From assembly GCA_964106915.2 (NCBI GenBank), contig OZ066916.1: DNA of 64,000 bases; one strand, written 5' to 3'. The DNA comes from Podarcis gaigeae. Lineage: Eukaryota. The notes under the pieces were generated by a model. That model was not told the origin of the DNA. It saw only the letters and a list, made by a program, of their open reading frames with translations, and did not search any database. Position 1 is the first letter of the stretch. Each line of letters opens with the position of its first letter. Shown in pieces: positions 51,494-64,000 of this stretch. A program made the position numbers and the translations under genes.

Positions 51494-52756
51494 CTATGGA
51501 AAAACAACACTCGAGCTGTTTAGAGGTATGAAATGTCACTCCCTTGAGAGAGAAACATGAGTATTTTACAATGAACCGAATCAACCAGGATTGAGCCTAG
51601 AACACTCAGGTGATTGAGAAAAACGAAATCCTGCAGTGTCTGGAGCATCTAAGAGTAGATGGGACACCATCCAGGTCAGAGACCAACCCAAAGGCACACT
51701 GAACTATGATTTCATTACCCAGGAATGTATAGCATAAATGAACCAGGGAAATGTAGCTTAAGAAACATGATTCCTAATGGTTGACTCAGTTGCCCATAGC
51801 CACCAGCATAAAAAAGAAGAATAGTCATTATGTGGAGGTAGAATTTGCATTTTGCACCTTGTTTTGATTCAAAGTCCACATTCCATTGGCAGGGCTCTTG
51901 ATGGAGATGCACCCAAGACCAGCAACCTTAGGGCCTATTTTCATGCAAGTAGTAAGGAAAAAACAAAAGGCCCAGGCCATACCATAATGGAGATGGAGTT
52001 GTATCTTGGACTAATCAAGACTCGTTTACAAAGGGAAATGAAATTAATTTACTCATTATATAATTTAATATGGCCTTTAAAAAGTATATACTGTATACAC
52101 TGCTCTTTTCCACCTTCTTCTTTAAACAAATGCCCTCAAATCACTGCCTCACTGGGATTAATGCCATATTCTGTGCCATGCACCATCCGTTGATGCCTCT
52201 TTTCATCTGAGAGCTGCTTGTGGTTCATTAGGAAAGGGCTGTTTTCCTCTCTCTAGGTGTGTCTGTGTGCACATGCTTACTTACATGGGATTGTGTGAGA
52301 AACATATCACACACGGATTGTTCTAAACCTGAGTGATTAATTCAGTGCTTGTTTTCCCAAAGAGTTAAGTGCTTCCCTCACTGAAAAGGGCACCACAGCA
52401 ATGTGCCATGAGGTTGTTTGTGGAAGTGAAGCCAAAAATTGTTCTCTCACAAACTGTGTTTGTGTAATCAAGCACATAAGTGCTCCAGAGCAAAGGGCCC
52501 TTCACATTCAAGTAGGGCCGCTTCTTTCAGCTTATGCTGCAGAAGCAAATGTTGACACTTCAGCTTTCAGCTGAAGAAACAGGGTATTATTCCTTGTTGT
52601 TATTAGACTCAAACTTGAGAAGGCCACTTTTTTGCCCATAACAGGAACTCACACATGGGAGCTTACTGAAAGGAAGAGAGAAAACCAAACTAAATAAACC
52701 TACTGGTTTATCTAAGTCTGAAAACATTCTGTATATAATAGGTCTGAACTACTTAC

Positions 52757-52925
52757 CAATTACATAATCTCCAAAGCCTATTGTGCTAAGAGTAATGAAA
52801 GAATAATAGAACCCTTCTTCATAGGTCCAGCCTTCTATGGCAGTAAACAACAGAGGAGGTAGCAGAAGGAACAGCAGAAGGCCAGCAACCAGTGCACAGG
52901 TCCGCGTCAAGACAGCTGCCCCTTT
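52757..52925 (-). CDS. KCNK17: KCNK17 coding exon (M3 and pore 2)
   Basis: Not in the ORF track. Hand translation gives KGAAVLTRTCALVAGLLLFLLLPPLLFTAIEGWTYEEGFYYSFITLSTIGFGDYVI(G). Acceptor TTGTTAG| and donor |GTAAGT. 169 nt, frame compatible with both neighbouring exons. Confidence 0.93.
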
Positions 52926-54879
52926 CTAACAAGAAACAAAAATAATGCTTGAAGCAGACTGGTAGATGGGCATAGGCTCTTGTATCTCTTCCTGATCTCT
53001 TTAAGCCATAGTTCCATATCGCAGTATGTCTGAAACAGGGATCTGGTTTGACTGCAGTGTAGCAACCATGCTTTGATTATGGTTTACCACCCTGGTTAGT
53101 GAACTGACATTAAACCACAGTTCCCCTTTAAAGTTGTAATGACCAGGATTAAAGTACCAAAGTCACCATGCAACGAGAGGAAGGAAAGGTGGAAACGTGA
53201 TGACCAAACGTTCCTTCCTGGTTGAATTACACTACCGTTTATTAAGCCAGGGACATTACAACAAACCTGGCTCTAAGTCTGCAGACAGAAGTATGGTCTC
53301 AAGAGTCAAGCCCTGAGAACAGTTAAGTCAGCCAGCGTGGTGCCCTCCAGATGGTCTACAGCTTCCATCCGTCGTAGTCAGCGTGGTTTAAAATATCTGG
53401 CGGTCACCAGGTTGACAAAAGGCTGACTCAAGGCATCACCAGCCTCAAGGCAAAGGCTGAATTAAGGCATTTTTGGTGCCTGCTAAAAACATTCTTGTTT
53501 AAGCAAGCCTACCCAGATGCCTAGAAATGCTGATGTGAATTTAAATCTGTTTTCGTTTGATTTGTTTGATTTTAATGTTTTATCTTTTTGTAAACCGCTT
53601 TTTTTAAACAATCAACCAGTGTACAATTTTTATGAAATAAATAATAAAGTCAGGGGTAGACAACATGAAGCTCTCCAGATACTGTTGGACTTTAACCCCA
53701 TAGCAAGCCTTGCCAATGGTGAGGAAAGACGAGAACTTGAGTCCAGTGACATTTGGAGGGAACCACATTGGCTATATCAATTAAGTGTTAAGTATAATCA
53801 AGAAGGTGTCTGTAATTCTGTGTGGCTGTGGATTGCACTACAATCCTCAATGGCAGTGGCTTGTAATTGGGGTGGTCTGCACATCATCTGATATTTTTCT
53901 CAATACCATAGAGGACCTCAACTCACATCCTTTATAAAACACACACACGTTTCTAACCCTCATTAATGTGAAAACTTAAAATCATGGTGGCATGGTTCTT
54001 CTTAAAATCATGGGAGCCTACGGAGGGCTCTGGATGGTTCTTCTAATGTCTAGGAGTTTGGAACTTTAAGTACATCTTTCCATCAGTCCCAGTAAATCTC
54101 AAGTTACTTGCTCTGTAAACACCTTGCTGCAGCAGACCTGACCTTTGTTTGTTGTGCACTGTGGCTTGGACTACATAGGTTGGTTGGTTTGTGGAAGAAG
54201 ACTGGTAGATGGATTGTCTGGCCTTGTGGCCACTTTTTGATCCCTTACAGTTCTGTGGGTTTGGCCCTGACTGGTCACGCTGTGACTCAGAGACCTCAAG
54301 TTACAGATGAGAAAACGAGTATTATTATTCCCACTAGTTTATGGCTTAGCTGAAACTTGAACTTGGATCTTCCAGGGAAATTCAATGCTACTCAAGGCAG
54401 ATTTGAAAGATGCATGACTAATTGCCTCAATCTGCCACAAAAGTGGGTTGAAGGAAGGTTCTCACAGATTAAAAGGAGACAGCACTATCAATTCTAGGAA
54501 ATACGTTTTTTATGCTCTCCAGCTTTCATTTACATTTGCTTCATAACATTTTATTTTATGTTTGTTTTTTATCTGGAGATGTGGGAATGGTAGATTGCTA
54601 ATTTCTTTTCCTTCTCCCCTCTTCATGTTAAATGGGCCTTTCTAGGATCTAGTATAAATAAATAATTATATGGCCATATAATTATAATAACTATAACACA
54701 CACATGGCTCTCAAAGATAAAATGGCAAAGTAAAAGTAAAATGCAATGTCATAAATTAACAATATTATAAAACTACAACTCGCAGCCTAAACATTTCCAG
54801 AAGAGAGAATAAAATCAGATGACTAAAAACATGTACATAGCATATTAAACAGTGGTTTAAAACAGCAATATCACATATG

Positions 54880-55360
54880 GGGGGTAATGGGGAGTTAAGG
54901 CCAGGGGGAGCCCTCATTTGGCATGCCAATGACCAGGTGCCAGGCAAGGCTCTCTGGGGAAAATATTCCACAACTGGGACACCATCGCACATAAAAAGCT
55001 CTGATGGCCACCCAACTGACATCACCTGTGTTGGGGCACCTGAAACAGGATCTCTGAAGGGAAGGCAAATGTTCAGATACCCTGGTACCCAACCACTTTG
55101 AATATTAAGACCAGTAATTTGAACAGGGCCTGGAAACAGACTAGCAGTTTATACAGGTCTGGTGTTTGAGCAAATTGCCCAGTCCCAGTTAATACTTATG
55201 TAGCCCTATTTTTTACCAACTGCGGTTTCCAGGCCATTTACAAAGGTTTCCCCACATACAACACATTGCAATAATCTGAATGGGAAGTTACCAGAGAGTG
55301 GGTCACTGTGGCTGGTCTATCTCCAGATATAGCCACAGCTGCTGCATCAGCTGAAGTTGA
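54880..55360 (-). mobile_element. Old L2 fragment in a KCNK17 intron
   Basis: Reverse translation gives ATVTHSLVTSHSDYCNVLYVGKPL. Confidence 0.75.
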
Positions 55361-56544
55361 TTAAAATGTTTGGAAACTTCTACTATTGCAAATGGAAAAG
55401 TAAATGTCCCCAGCAAAAGCGTGCACATTTTTTTTCACTGGAATGACAATGTTTGCAATAAACACTTTTTTTTTTTTACATTGGTGGGTGTGAAATGTTT
55501 GGATCTTGACATGCGATGCAAGCAGTCATCAGAACAGAGTCAGATCTTCAACCTGTGCTGGGCCTGGGATTTGTCTGAAACAGCTGATGTGTTGCTGTAT
55601 CCAGGAATTGCAAAGCATCTGAAAAAACTGCAGAGTTTTTCAGGAATACTATGCACAGCAGTTGATCCTAGCCTAGTTCAGGGACTGGGACAGGACTATG
55701 TACATGCGTCATGCTTTCTGAATACTTGGAGCCAGAGACGCTGGTAGATAACCTGAGGAATGCAAGTCCTGGCCAGACATAATGTGAAGGGGGAAAATGA
55801 TGAGGAAGAGGCAGCAGGTAATAACCCAACCTTTGCATGAAGGAAGGCAATTTCTCTTTGATAACAACTTACCTAAGACAGGCATTCAAGCTGGGTACTC
55901 ACATTACATTTTTGTGAGATCTCTCTTTTTCCCCCCTGCTGACATATTTTACCGAAAAGTTCTGGCTTTTTTGAGTGGAAGTTATGACTCACACAAGCTT
56001 TCTGTTGCTTTTCAGCACTGTCGTTACAGGATCAGGCCAAAATGTTCTCAAGTAGTCTGCGTGTGGAAGAGATTCTTTTCCCAGCTCCAAGTTCCCCAGC
56101 TGGTTGCATTTTTATATCTATGTATATATTTATATATTTTTAAAAATAAAAATTGCGCATTTCTGAATTCCACATCAGCAATATAACAAGTTGATGACAG
56201 ATACCTGAGCCAAAGGGAAGAACATCTCCTTCTAGCTGAGTTGGTAAATTATAGTAGGGTAGTGTTGAAAAGCAGTACAGGGGAGATTTATTGGAAAGCT
56301 TTTCTAGTGGGGAAGAGACACAACTACTACTTCCACGGATGCTAGGGGGAGGCAAGTTGTGAATGGTGTTGCCAGATGCAGAAGAGAATAGGGCTCCTGA
56401 ACCTCTAATAGTTGTGTAAAAGAAGGGATCTCAGTAGGTATAACTTACTATTCAAGCTCCAATCTACAGAAACTACCCCTTCCAACATAACTATTAAAGG
56501 TCCAATGGTCCTGTCTTCTTTTGTATCTGGCTACCCTAATTATA

Positions 56545-56900
56545 GGGACGCGGGTGGCGCTGTGGGTTAAACCACAGAGCCTAGGGCTTGCTGATCAGTA
56601 AGTAGGTTGGTGGTTCGAATCCCCACGATGGGGTGAGCTCCCATTGCTCGGTCCCTGCTCCTGCCAACCTAGCAGTTCGAAAGCACGTCAAAGTGCAAGT
56701 AGATAAATAGGTACCGCTCCGGCGGGAAGGTAAATGGCATTTCTGTGCGCTGCTCTGGTTTGCCAGAAGCAGCTTAGTCATGCTGGCCACATGACCTGGA
56801 AGCTGTATGCCGGCTCCCTCGGCCAATAAAGTGAGATGAGTGCCGCAACCTCAGAGTCGGCCATGACTGGACCTAATGGTCAGGGGTCCCTTTACCTTTA
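56545..56900 (+). mobile_element. Sauria SINE in a KCNK17 intron
   Basis: Full head and tail, TSD TACCCTAATTAT. Confidence 0.95.
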
Positions 56901-58408
56901 CCCTAATTATGAGATACAATACAGTGCTGGAGGGTTGCTATGGGAAATGACTGAGCAGACAGCCAGTCTGGGAAATGACAGCCAGCAATGGGAAATGACT
57001 GACCATACAGCATTGATAAGTGGAGGTGAAATAACATTTCGCTCAGAACTTAGGTTTGGGCAGCATCTGCCATGTTTTCCTTTCTTTCTCTTCTCAAAGT
57101 GTTGCACTTGTGGGGCTTCTACTCCCTATTTTGCAAAAATTAAGTAGTTTAAGTTTGTGACAAGGCTTGGAATTGGTTTGGGTGCAGACAGAGACAAATT
57201 AAGGTAAAAGGCATGAAGCAGGAGACTTGCACCTTCACCAAATACTGCCTTTGTTTCCTAATTGTTTTCTCCAATCACACCTACTTGAAATCTTGTTAGA
57301 TCCCTCAATACACAATACTGTCTTGTGTAACAGAAACCACACTAGTACAATGAACATAGTACAGAGTTCATGCAGGCCTAGTTGTGAAGTTCTCAGTTTT
57401 AAAGGATTATTTCTAAACAACCAAAACGCTCCACAATCCTGATCAGAGTGTCAAAACTTTTGCATTGTTTGGAAAGCATAACTAGATTTTGAGCCCAGAG
57501 CTGCCTTTGCAGAAAGTGCTGATGTGTCCTTCAAGTACTTACACAAAGTATCAGTACACAGAGAGTTAAGAAGAAAGTATATTAGTACTGATAGTACCAG
57601 TAATAATGAGTATAATTTACAGGGTTGGTCCTACCATTAGGCAGGTGAGGCAACTGCCTCGGGCAGCATATGCTGGGAGATGGTAGTGTCCCTCAGCTCT
57701 TCATCCTGAGCTCCCTGATCGTATGCTTGTTGGAGAAGAGAGCTCTTGTGTCATGCACTTTGCCCTCTGCCTTTATAATTACCCTACTGATCTCCCTCAG
57801 GGGCAGCCTTGTTGCTATTACTGATGTAGGAATTGCAATAAGAAATGATGCTGCAACAAACAAGTCTATACTTTGGTCTCATAACTATTCCGTGTGCTGC
57901 CATTTTCAGCCACAAATCAAAAATGTTCCCAGGACTGCAGTCCTACATATACTTACCAGGGAGTAAGCCCCATTGAATTCAATAGGACTTACTTCTGAGT
58001 AAACATGCCTAGCATTGTTAGTTTTGCCCTCAGCTGGTCACTTAAACACAGAGAGAAGCAAGTGTTATGCATAGCCTCTGGAGACCATGTTGCAGGGTGT
58101 GGGGAACCTTTGGTCCTCCAGTGGTTCCTGAACTACATCATTGCCCATGTTTGCTGGGACTGATGGGAGTTGTAGTTCAACACCATCTGGAGGGCTGAAG
58201 GTTCCCCCCACCTACTGTATTGCAATGAGAAGAATCTGTACATCAGAATCACAGGCTATTCTGTGGGTTAAGACACCATATTGTTGCATTATCGGGCCAG
58301 CTGATTGGCCTGCTACAGATTTAAGTCAAAGACATGTCACTTTTATCTGCACCTAAACAACTCACCCATGCTGACAAAAATGAGCAGTAAAGCACCCTTG
58401 CTGTTTAC

Positions 58409-58575
58409 CTGCCAGTGAAACTTCTCACCCAAGTGGAAGGCGCACAAGTGAACACCAGAGAGCATCAGCTGTCCTATCCTGTTGAGGAGGACAAGGTTCA
58501 AAGGAATCCCAAAAAGAGCAAAGAAGATGCAGAAGACTTGTGCAGCCTCCGTGCTGGGACTCAGGTTACCATAGC
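58409..58575 (-). CDS. KCNK17: K2P potassium channel KCNK17 (TALK-2), internal coding exon (end of pore 1, M2)
   Basis: Translates (G)YGNLSPSTEAAQVFCIFFALFGIPLNLVLLNRIGQLMLSGVHLCAFHLGEKFHWQ. Acceptor TTCCAG| and donor |GTAAAC. 167 nt, enters in phase 1, exits in phase 0. Confidence 0.92.
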
Positions 58576-58802
58576 CTGGAAGGAGAAAGTTGATAGTTAG
58601 TTTAAAAGAATGTGGCTGTAAAAACATAAATCTGTTTCAGTGTTATCTGACCAAAAGACGAGGGTCAGAGGTTAAGGATATGTGGCACGAGGCTCACAGC
58701 TTTTATGCAGTCCTGGAGGTACTTGTGTGGCCTTATCAGAAAATCCCAGCTTCCATTAAGTGAAGCAAGGTTCTCACCCATCACTTCAGAGGTAAGCTAA
58801 TA

Positions 58803-59018
58803 TAGTGGTACCTCAGGTTACATACGCTTCAGGTTACAGACTCCACTAACCCAGAAATAGTACCTCGGGTTAAGAACTTTGCTTCAGGATGAGAACAGAA
58901 ATCGTGCTCTGGCGGCGCGGTGGCCCCATTAGCTAAAGTGGTGCTTCAGGTTAAGAACAGTTTCAGGTTAAGTACGGACCTCCGAAATGAATTAAGTACT
59001 TTACCTGAAGTACCACTG
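58803..59018. mobile_element. Tigger-like MITE
   Basis: Same family as 20992-21204, TA-flanked TIRs. Confidence 0.9.
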
Positions 59019-61085
59019 TATATGTGAAGCCAACCTGTACAAAAAGCTAAAAGATCAAAAGGTTATTAGATGCCTGAAGTAACAGATATTGACGTGGATA
59101 TTCTAATTCTATTATTGCATGGATGTGGTGAGACAGAAGTCTCACATTTAGGGTAAACAATTTTGTATTTGTGTGTTCAGTACTGTGTATCTACCAGCCA
59201 AGGATATATCAGCTATATTCAGGTAGATAAAATAACAATTTTACTAGGTTGCCATCATAACCAATGCATGTTTAGAAGTAAAGGATCACTGGAATATTAC
59301 TAGGACTCACTCCATAGCAATTAGATTTAGGAATGTGGTCAAAATACTTACTTCCCCCCCTAAAAAATTGTATGCTTACATCCAAGCTTCAGCAGTACAT
59401 AACAAAAATACAAATGGGGAGTGGGGATGACTAAAAATCAACACCATAAAACCAAAGAAAAATCAATGCCAATAAAAACAGCAGTTAAAAGCAGCAGCGA
59501 TGAAACAAAACTCATGAGGTCAGTAAAACTCAAGTTTAATGTACATCATCTATAGCTCATGGCATCATGCCACACCTCCCAGCAGCTGCCAGGCAGGAAT
59601 AGCCCAAGTCATTCTTCTACCTGATCATCAGATCCTTTCCTATATTTTCAAGAGCATTACTAACAATAGTAAAAAGTGTCATATGATATGATTTCTAGCG
59701 ACACTTTTTATTATTATTTCTAGTAGTATTTTTGTAAATAAACATGCAATATAAAACTACTTCCCATTCTTCAAACTCTAGTTCCATCTATGAAATAAAT
59801 GCTGGACTCCCTCCATTCTCATCCCCCCAACTAACAAGGCATCTGTTGAGACACACTTTTTTGTTCACAAGCAAACCAACATTACAATCATCATCAGCAT
59901 TACAAGGGATAAGGCTGTACAGAGGCAGGTGCCAACAGCAAGCACTCTAGATTACAGAAGGGTCCTAAAATTAGGAAACGTTCCCACTTGAAGGCTTCAA
60001 CAGACTCTACACTCCCCTGAAAGTCCACTTTAATTCTATAGATGTAACTCTCTGAAATCTATGTGATGTTTGCTTCTGGTTGGGGAGGTTAATTGGACTG
60101 AATGGCAAAACAAAACAACCAGAATACCATGTGCTTCCTGGTGGGAACAGCTTACTCTTTCCTCCCCATGCCCCCCCCACCATGTACTCTTTAAATAGTG
60201 GGGAGAAAGCAGCAGGCTGCCTGCAAGGAAAAAGGATTAGCCAGGTACCATAAGCATTCAATATAAACCACAATGATTACTGAGAATAAAAGTCACCTGG
60301 CTTCATAGCACACTTACGTCTATTGGCTGTGAACACTATTATGGCAGACACATTTATGGAGCTAAAGCAAAATTGAAGCATAAATAAGTCTTTAAACTGC
60401 ATTCTGTGGGGCCTGGTTCTTGCAAGGAGCATTTCTTGGAAGTTTGTTAGAGTTGTCCTCTATAACAACCATGTATTTCACATCCTACAATAGATTGCAC
60501 TGTTAACATGTTCCCCCACTCCCATGTTGGATTTTACTATTTGTTTGCTTTTATTTGCCCACCTTTTAAAAATCTGGATAGCAGTGAGATGGAAAAAGCA
60601 AATGGTTCAATTTCCCTGTGTCTCCACAGTTTTAGAATGTCTGTGTGGGGCACATGATCAAACACTTCCCCATATAAAAAACTCACTGTCCATTCAAAAC
60701 AACCACATTTTGATTTGCAGGAAAGTATTTCAAAGTAGGTGTGTGTTTAAAGATGCAACCTTGCATTCTGGGAAGAAGAAAAAAAAAAGCCCAATAGATT
60801 TTAAAAAAAACAAAACCCCACACAGTACTGTTCCAATTCCATTTTAGTATCCTGAAAGAATGTTAAAATGGGTTCCATGGAGCTTTCTAGAAGAGGGGAA
60901 TTCTGAAGAACTGTGTGACTACACCGCAAGTATGGTTTTCTTTGATCAGCTGCGTTTATATTGGCGTACACATTTGTTAGCATAAGGAGTAATGATGGTA
61001 AGTACTGTACTAAAGACACATCAACCCACAATACACAAACAGAAGTAGTTCTAAAACAAGATTATGTGGGAAAACAGGAAAGTCC

Positions 61086-61122
<37 letters not shown>
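61086..61122. repeat. (TA)n(GA)n microsatellite
   Basis: Read directly. Confidence 0.95.
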
Positions 61123-61123
<1 letters not shown>

Positions 61124-62837
61124 CTTTAAAAGCAACCTCAGGGTGCACAGAGATGACACACAGGAATGTCCATAAAATGCCACAGAACAGTTCAATTTAA
61201 CCAAATGGCACTTCAACCTTATTGATCATTCAATCAAATCAGAGGTTACAGTGATAGTAAAGGGCAGATTTATTGATTTGTCCCCCATCCCTCCCACCAC
61301 GGTTTCTGGCGAAACTCTGTCTTGGATCAGCAAAACACCAAAAAGGTTTGTTTAGGGCTGCTTGTTGGTTTACAGTACTACACGCAGGTCTGGCTGTTTG
61401 GATATCTGAATCTGTGGTGTGTATAGAGAGGTTTGTGTCCTAATTCCTGATGTATGGATAAGTGAATTTCTGTATAACGAGCAGTTCAATAGTGGACCTA
61501 CTTGTATCTGGTTAAACTGTCCACTACGCCCTCCCATCTAAATCATGCAGCAGAACTGTGACAATGTCACAGTATGTTCATGATGCCAGGGCACCAAGGG
61601 TTAAGTGCTGTACTCAATTTTACATATTGAACTGAATAGAGGAATCAAAAGTTGGGGATTCTTCAAGTAAGCCATTGTTTACTAATAACAGTGCAATAAC
61701 TGGAAACATTTTAACTTCATTTCAAATTAACTATCAATGATTTTACATTTTCTAAAGCCTCTGGTTATGTTAGCTGTCTCAGTTAAAGATACTGACTTAC
61801 ATAAATATGGTATAATTAATATACATATGCACGTGTGCGCGCACATGTATGTGTTTTTCTTATAAATGTTAACTGGACTACTTGGTTCTGAAGGAAAATA
61901 ATGTGATGTTATTTATCCACAGAACTGGAATCCACAATGGAACATGGTGGCCTGTAGGTAAATATATAATCAAGCTCCAGCCAGTTGGTTTCCCCCCTAC
62001 TCTCCACTGAAAATGAACAAATAATATGAGCCTAGGTGGGCACTTCCTTGTCCAGTGGAAGGTCAATGATCATGAAAATGGTGGTTGAGGGGTGGGGAGG
62101 CTGTTCCTAAAGTGCCTGTCATGTTGTACTGAATTCTAGGGTTCTTCAATTTGCCCTCATCTATTTCTCACCATAGCTCTTTGACTTGAAGAAAACAAAG
62201 TAGCTCCCACTCTGTCCCACTCCCCCAACTCTCTCCTGTCTCACCTGGATCCTCCAGTGAGCCCCTGTTTCCAATTGGGGGTGGGGGTGGTGCTTTTGTA
62301 AGCACATCTAACCCCACTGGGTGGCCTATGGCAAGAAAAGCAGGATAAGAAAAAGTACTCAGAAGTGTTGAACGGCTGGGGTCTGGTGACCCTGTACTGA
62401 GACAGAGAACTAGGAATTTATAGAAATGGGGTTGAATATTTGTTGATATGATAATGTGATGGAGAACAACTTTATCTGAAGTTTTGAAAAGCCTGTTCCC
62501 AGGTGTAAGTAAATAAGGAAGTTATTGCATTTCACTTTTTGTACACTTTGTCCTAACATTCTGTACTTTTGCATTGTGTGCAACTTTGATAAGATCACCA
62601 TAAGATGTACTTTTTGATAAAAGGGTATATATATATATTCATTTGCGACTGTCTCTCAGGCTCACATAATACTGACACTGTAACACTAGCCTTCCTTTCA
62701 GGGCTGCTTACCAAATTAATGCACATAAGCTGCTTTGAACCACGTGGGCAAAAGCACCATATACTACCACATATACTACCATCATACCAGTTATAGGCTC
62801 ATGAAACATAGGAGCTGAGATTTAAGAAGGGCACGTA

Positions 62838-63079
62838 CAGTGGTACCTTGGGTTACATACACTTCAGGTTACATATGCTTCAGGTTGCAGACTCTGCTAA
62901 CCCAGAAATAGTGATTCAGGTTAAGAACTTTGCTTCAGGGTGAGAACAGAAATTGTGCTCCGGCGGCGCTGCAGCAGCAGGAGGCCCCATTAGCTAAAGT
63001 GGTGCTTCAGGTTAAGAACAATTTCAGGTTAAGTTACGACCTCCGGAACGAATTAAGTACTTAACCCGAGGTACCACTG
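62838..63079. mobile_element. Tigger-like MITE
   Basis: TA|CAGTGGTACCTTGGGTTA...TAACCCGAGGTACCACTG|TA. Confidence 0.92.
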
Positions 63080-63099
63080 TATAAGAAATGGAAGAAAGG

Positions 63100-63625
63100 T
63101 GAAATCATGAAGGAGCCAACAGTTGCAGGGAGAAGGTCAGACAGGGCAAAACTCAGAACGAGCTCAGGCTTGTAAGAGTAGTGAAAAATAACTTTAGAAA
63201 GGTTTCTTTGGCTATGTTTGAAAGAAGGGGAAGGACAAGGACAAGGAAGTAGTAAGCTCTCTGCGTGTAGAAGATGGAGAAATGATATTGGGTAACTGCT
63301 CAACACTTACTTTGCCTCTGTCTTCATGCAAAAAGAAAGCAAGGACACCTGGCTTGGCAGTAGTATGTGTGAAAAGGACCTGGGGGTCTTAGTAGACCAC
63401 AAGTTGAACATGAGTCAACAGTGTGTGGAAGGAGCAAAAAAGGAAAGGGGAAAAGGTAGTGCTATTGTAGGCTGCATCAACAGATGTAGACTATCCAGAT
63501 CAAGGGCAGTAATAGTACCACCTCTGGACCACATCTGGAATACTGTGGAATGGACGCCCTCACAAGGTTGTGGACTCTCTTTCCTTGGAGGTTTTTAAGC
63601 ATTTGTTATGGATGCTTTAGTTGAT
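63100..63625 (+). mobile_element. Fragmented old CR1
   Basis: Encodes WLGSSMCEKDLGVLVDHKLNMSQQC...AIVGCINR, plus other discontinuous CR1 segments. Confidence 0.8.
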
Positions 63626-64000
63626 CTAGATTGATAGCAGCAGATGAGGATAAACATGAATGATTATGGATTGAGAAAATTGATGTTTTCCTGCTGCAAA
63701 TGGGGCAGTGTGTGTGTGCATCCCTAGTCCAAATTTAGACGAGCCGGTTTTGCTCATCTCTGTATCATTCTGGCAGATGCAGGTTCTAAGTCCCACTTGC
63801 TACAGAAGGTGCTGCTAAGCAAAGGAACAGCAGGTCAGGACCTTGTGAACAAGTCCAGTGTCCCCCACACTGCCCTTGACTGCAGCCCTTTTAACCTCTA
63901 ATTTGTTAGCTCAAGATTTAACATATTGCTTTGCCTTGTGCTGTTTGTTAAGGAAGCCATTCAATAATTCATCCCCATCTGATTTGCTGGATGTAATAAT

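Noticed and set aside
58576-64000. KCNK17 exons 1-2
   Set aside because: I could not find an M1/cap exon or an FF....TTIG-encoding exon by eye. They probably lie beyond the window.

Overview
This is eukaryotic DNA from a squamate reptile, most likely a lacertid lizard, judging by the Sauria/Squam1 and Squam3/POM-type SINEs. The only host gene I can support is the 3' part of a two-pore-domain potassium channel best matching KCNK17 (TALK-2). It lies on the minus strand as three spliceable coding exons (58409-58575, 52757-52925, 51231-51493); its first exons were not found and presumably lie beyond position 64000. The remaining ~50 kb is gene-free, repeat-rich intergenic DNA, probably the KCNK17-KCNK5 interval by vertebrate synteny (inference). 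It holds CR1, L2, L1, BovB and RTE-X-like LINE fragments, SINEs, hAT and Tc1/pogo MITEs, solo-LTR-like elements, microsatellites and one N gap. Most ORFs in the track are spurious or transposon-derived. I found no convincing new gene system. The most interesting structures are a TSD-flanked Penelope-derived hairpin carrying hammerhead-ribozyme-like cores, a 2 kb composite hAT element with captured cargo, and a 1 kb internally deleted BovB that keeps both ends and its TSD. Repeat family names come from recognition and were not checked against a database.
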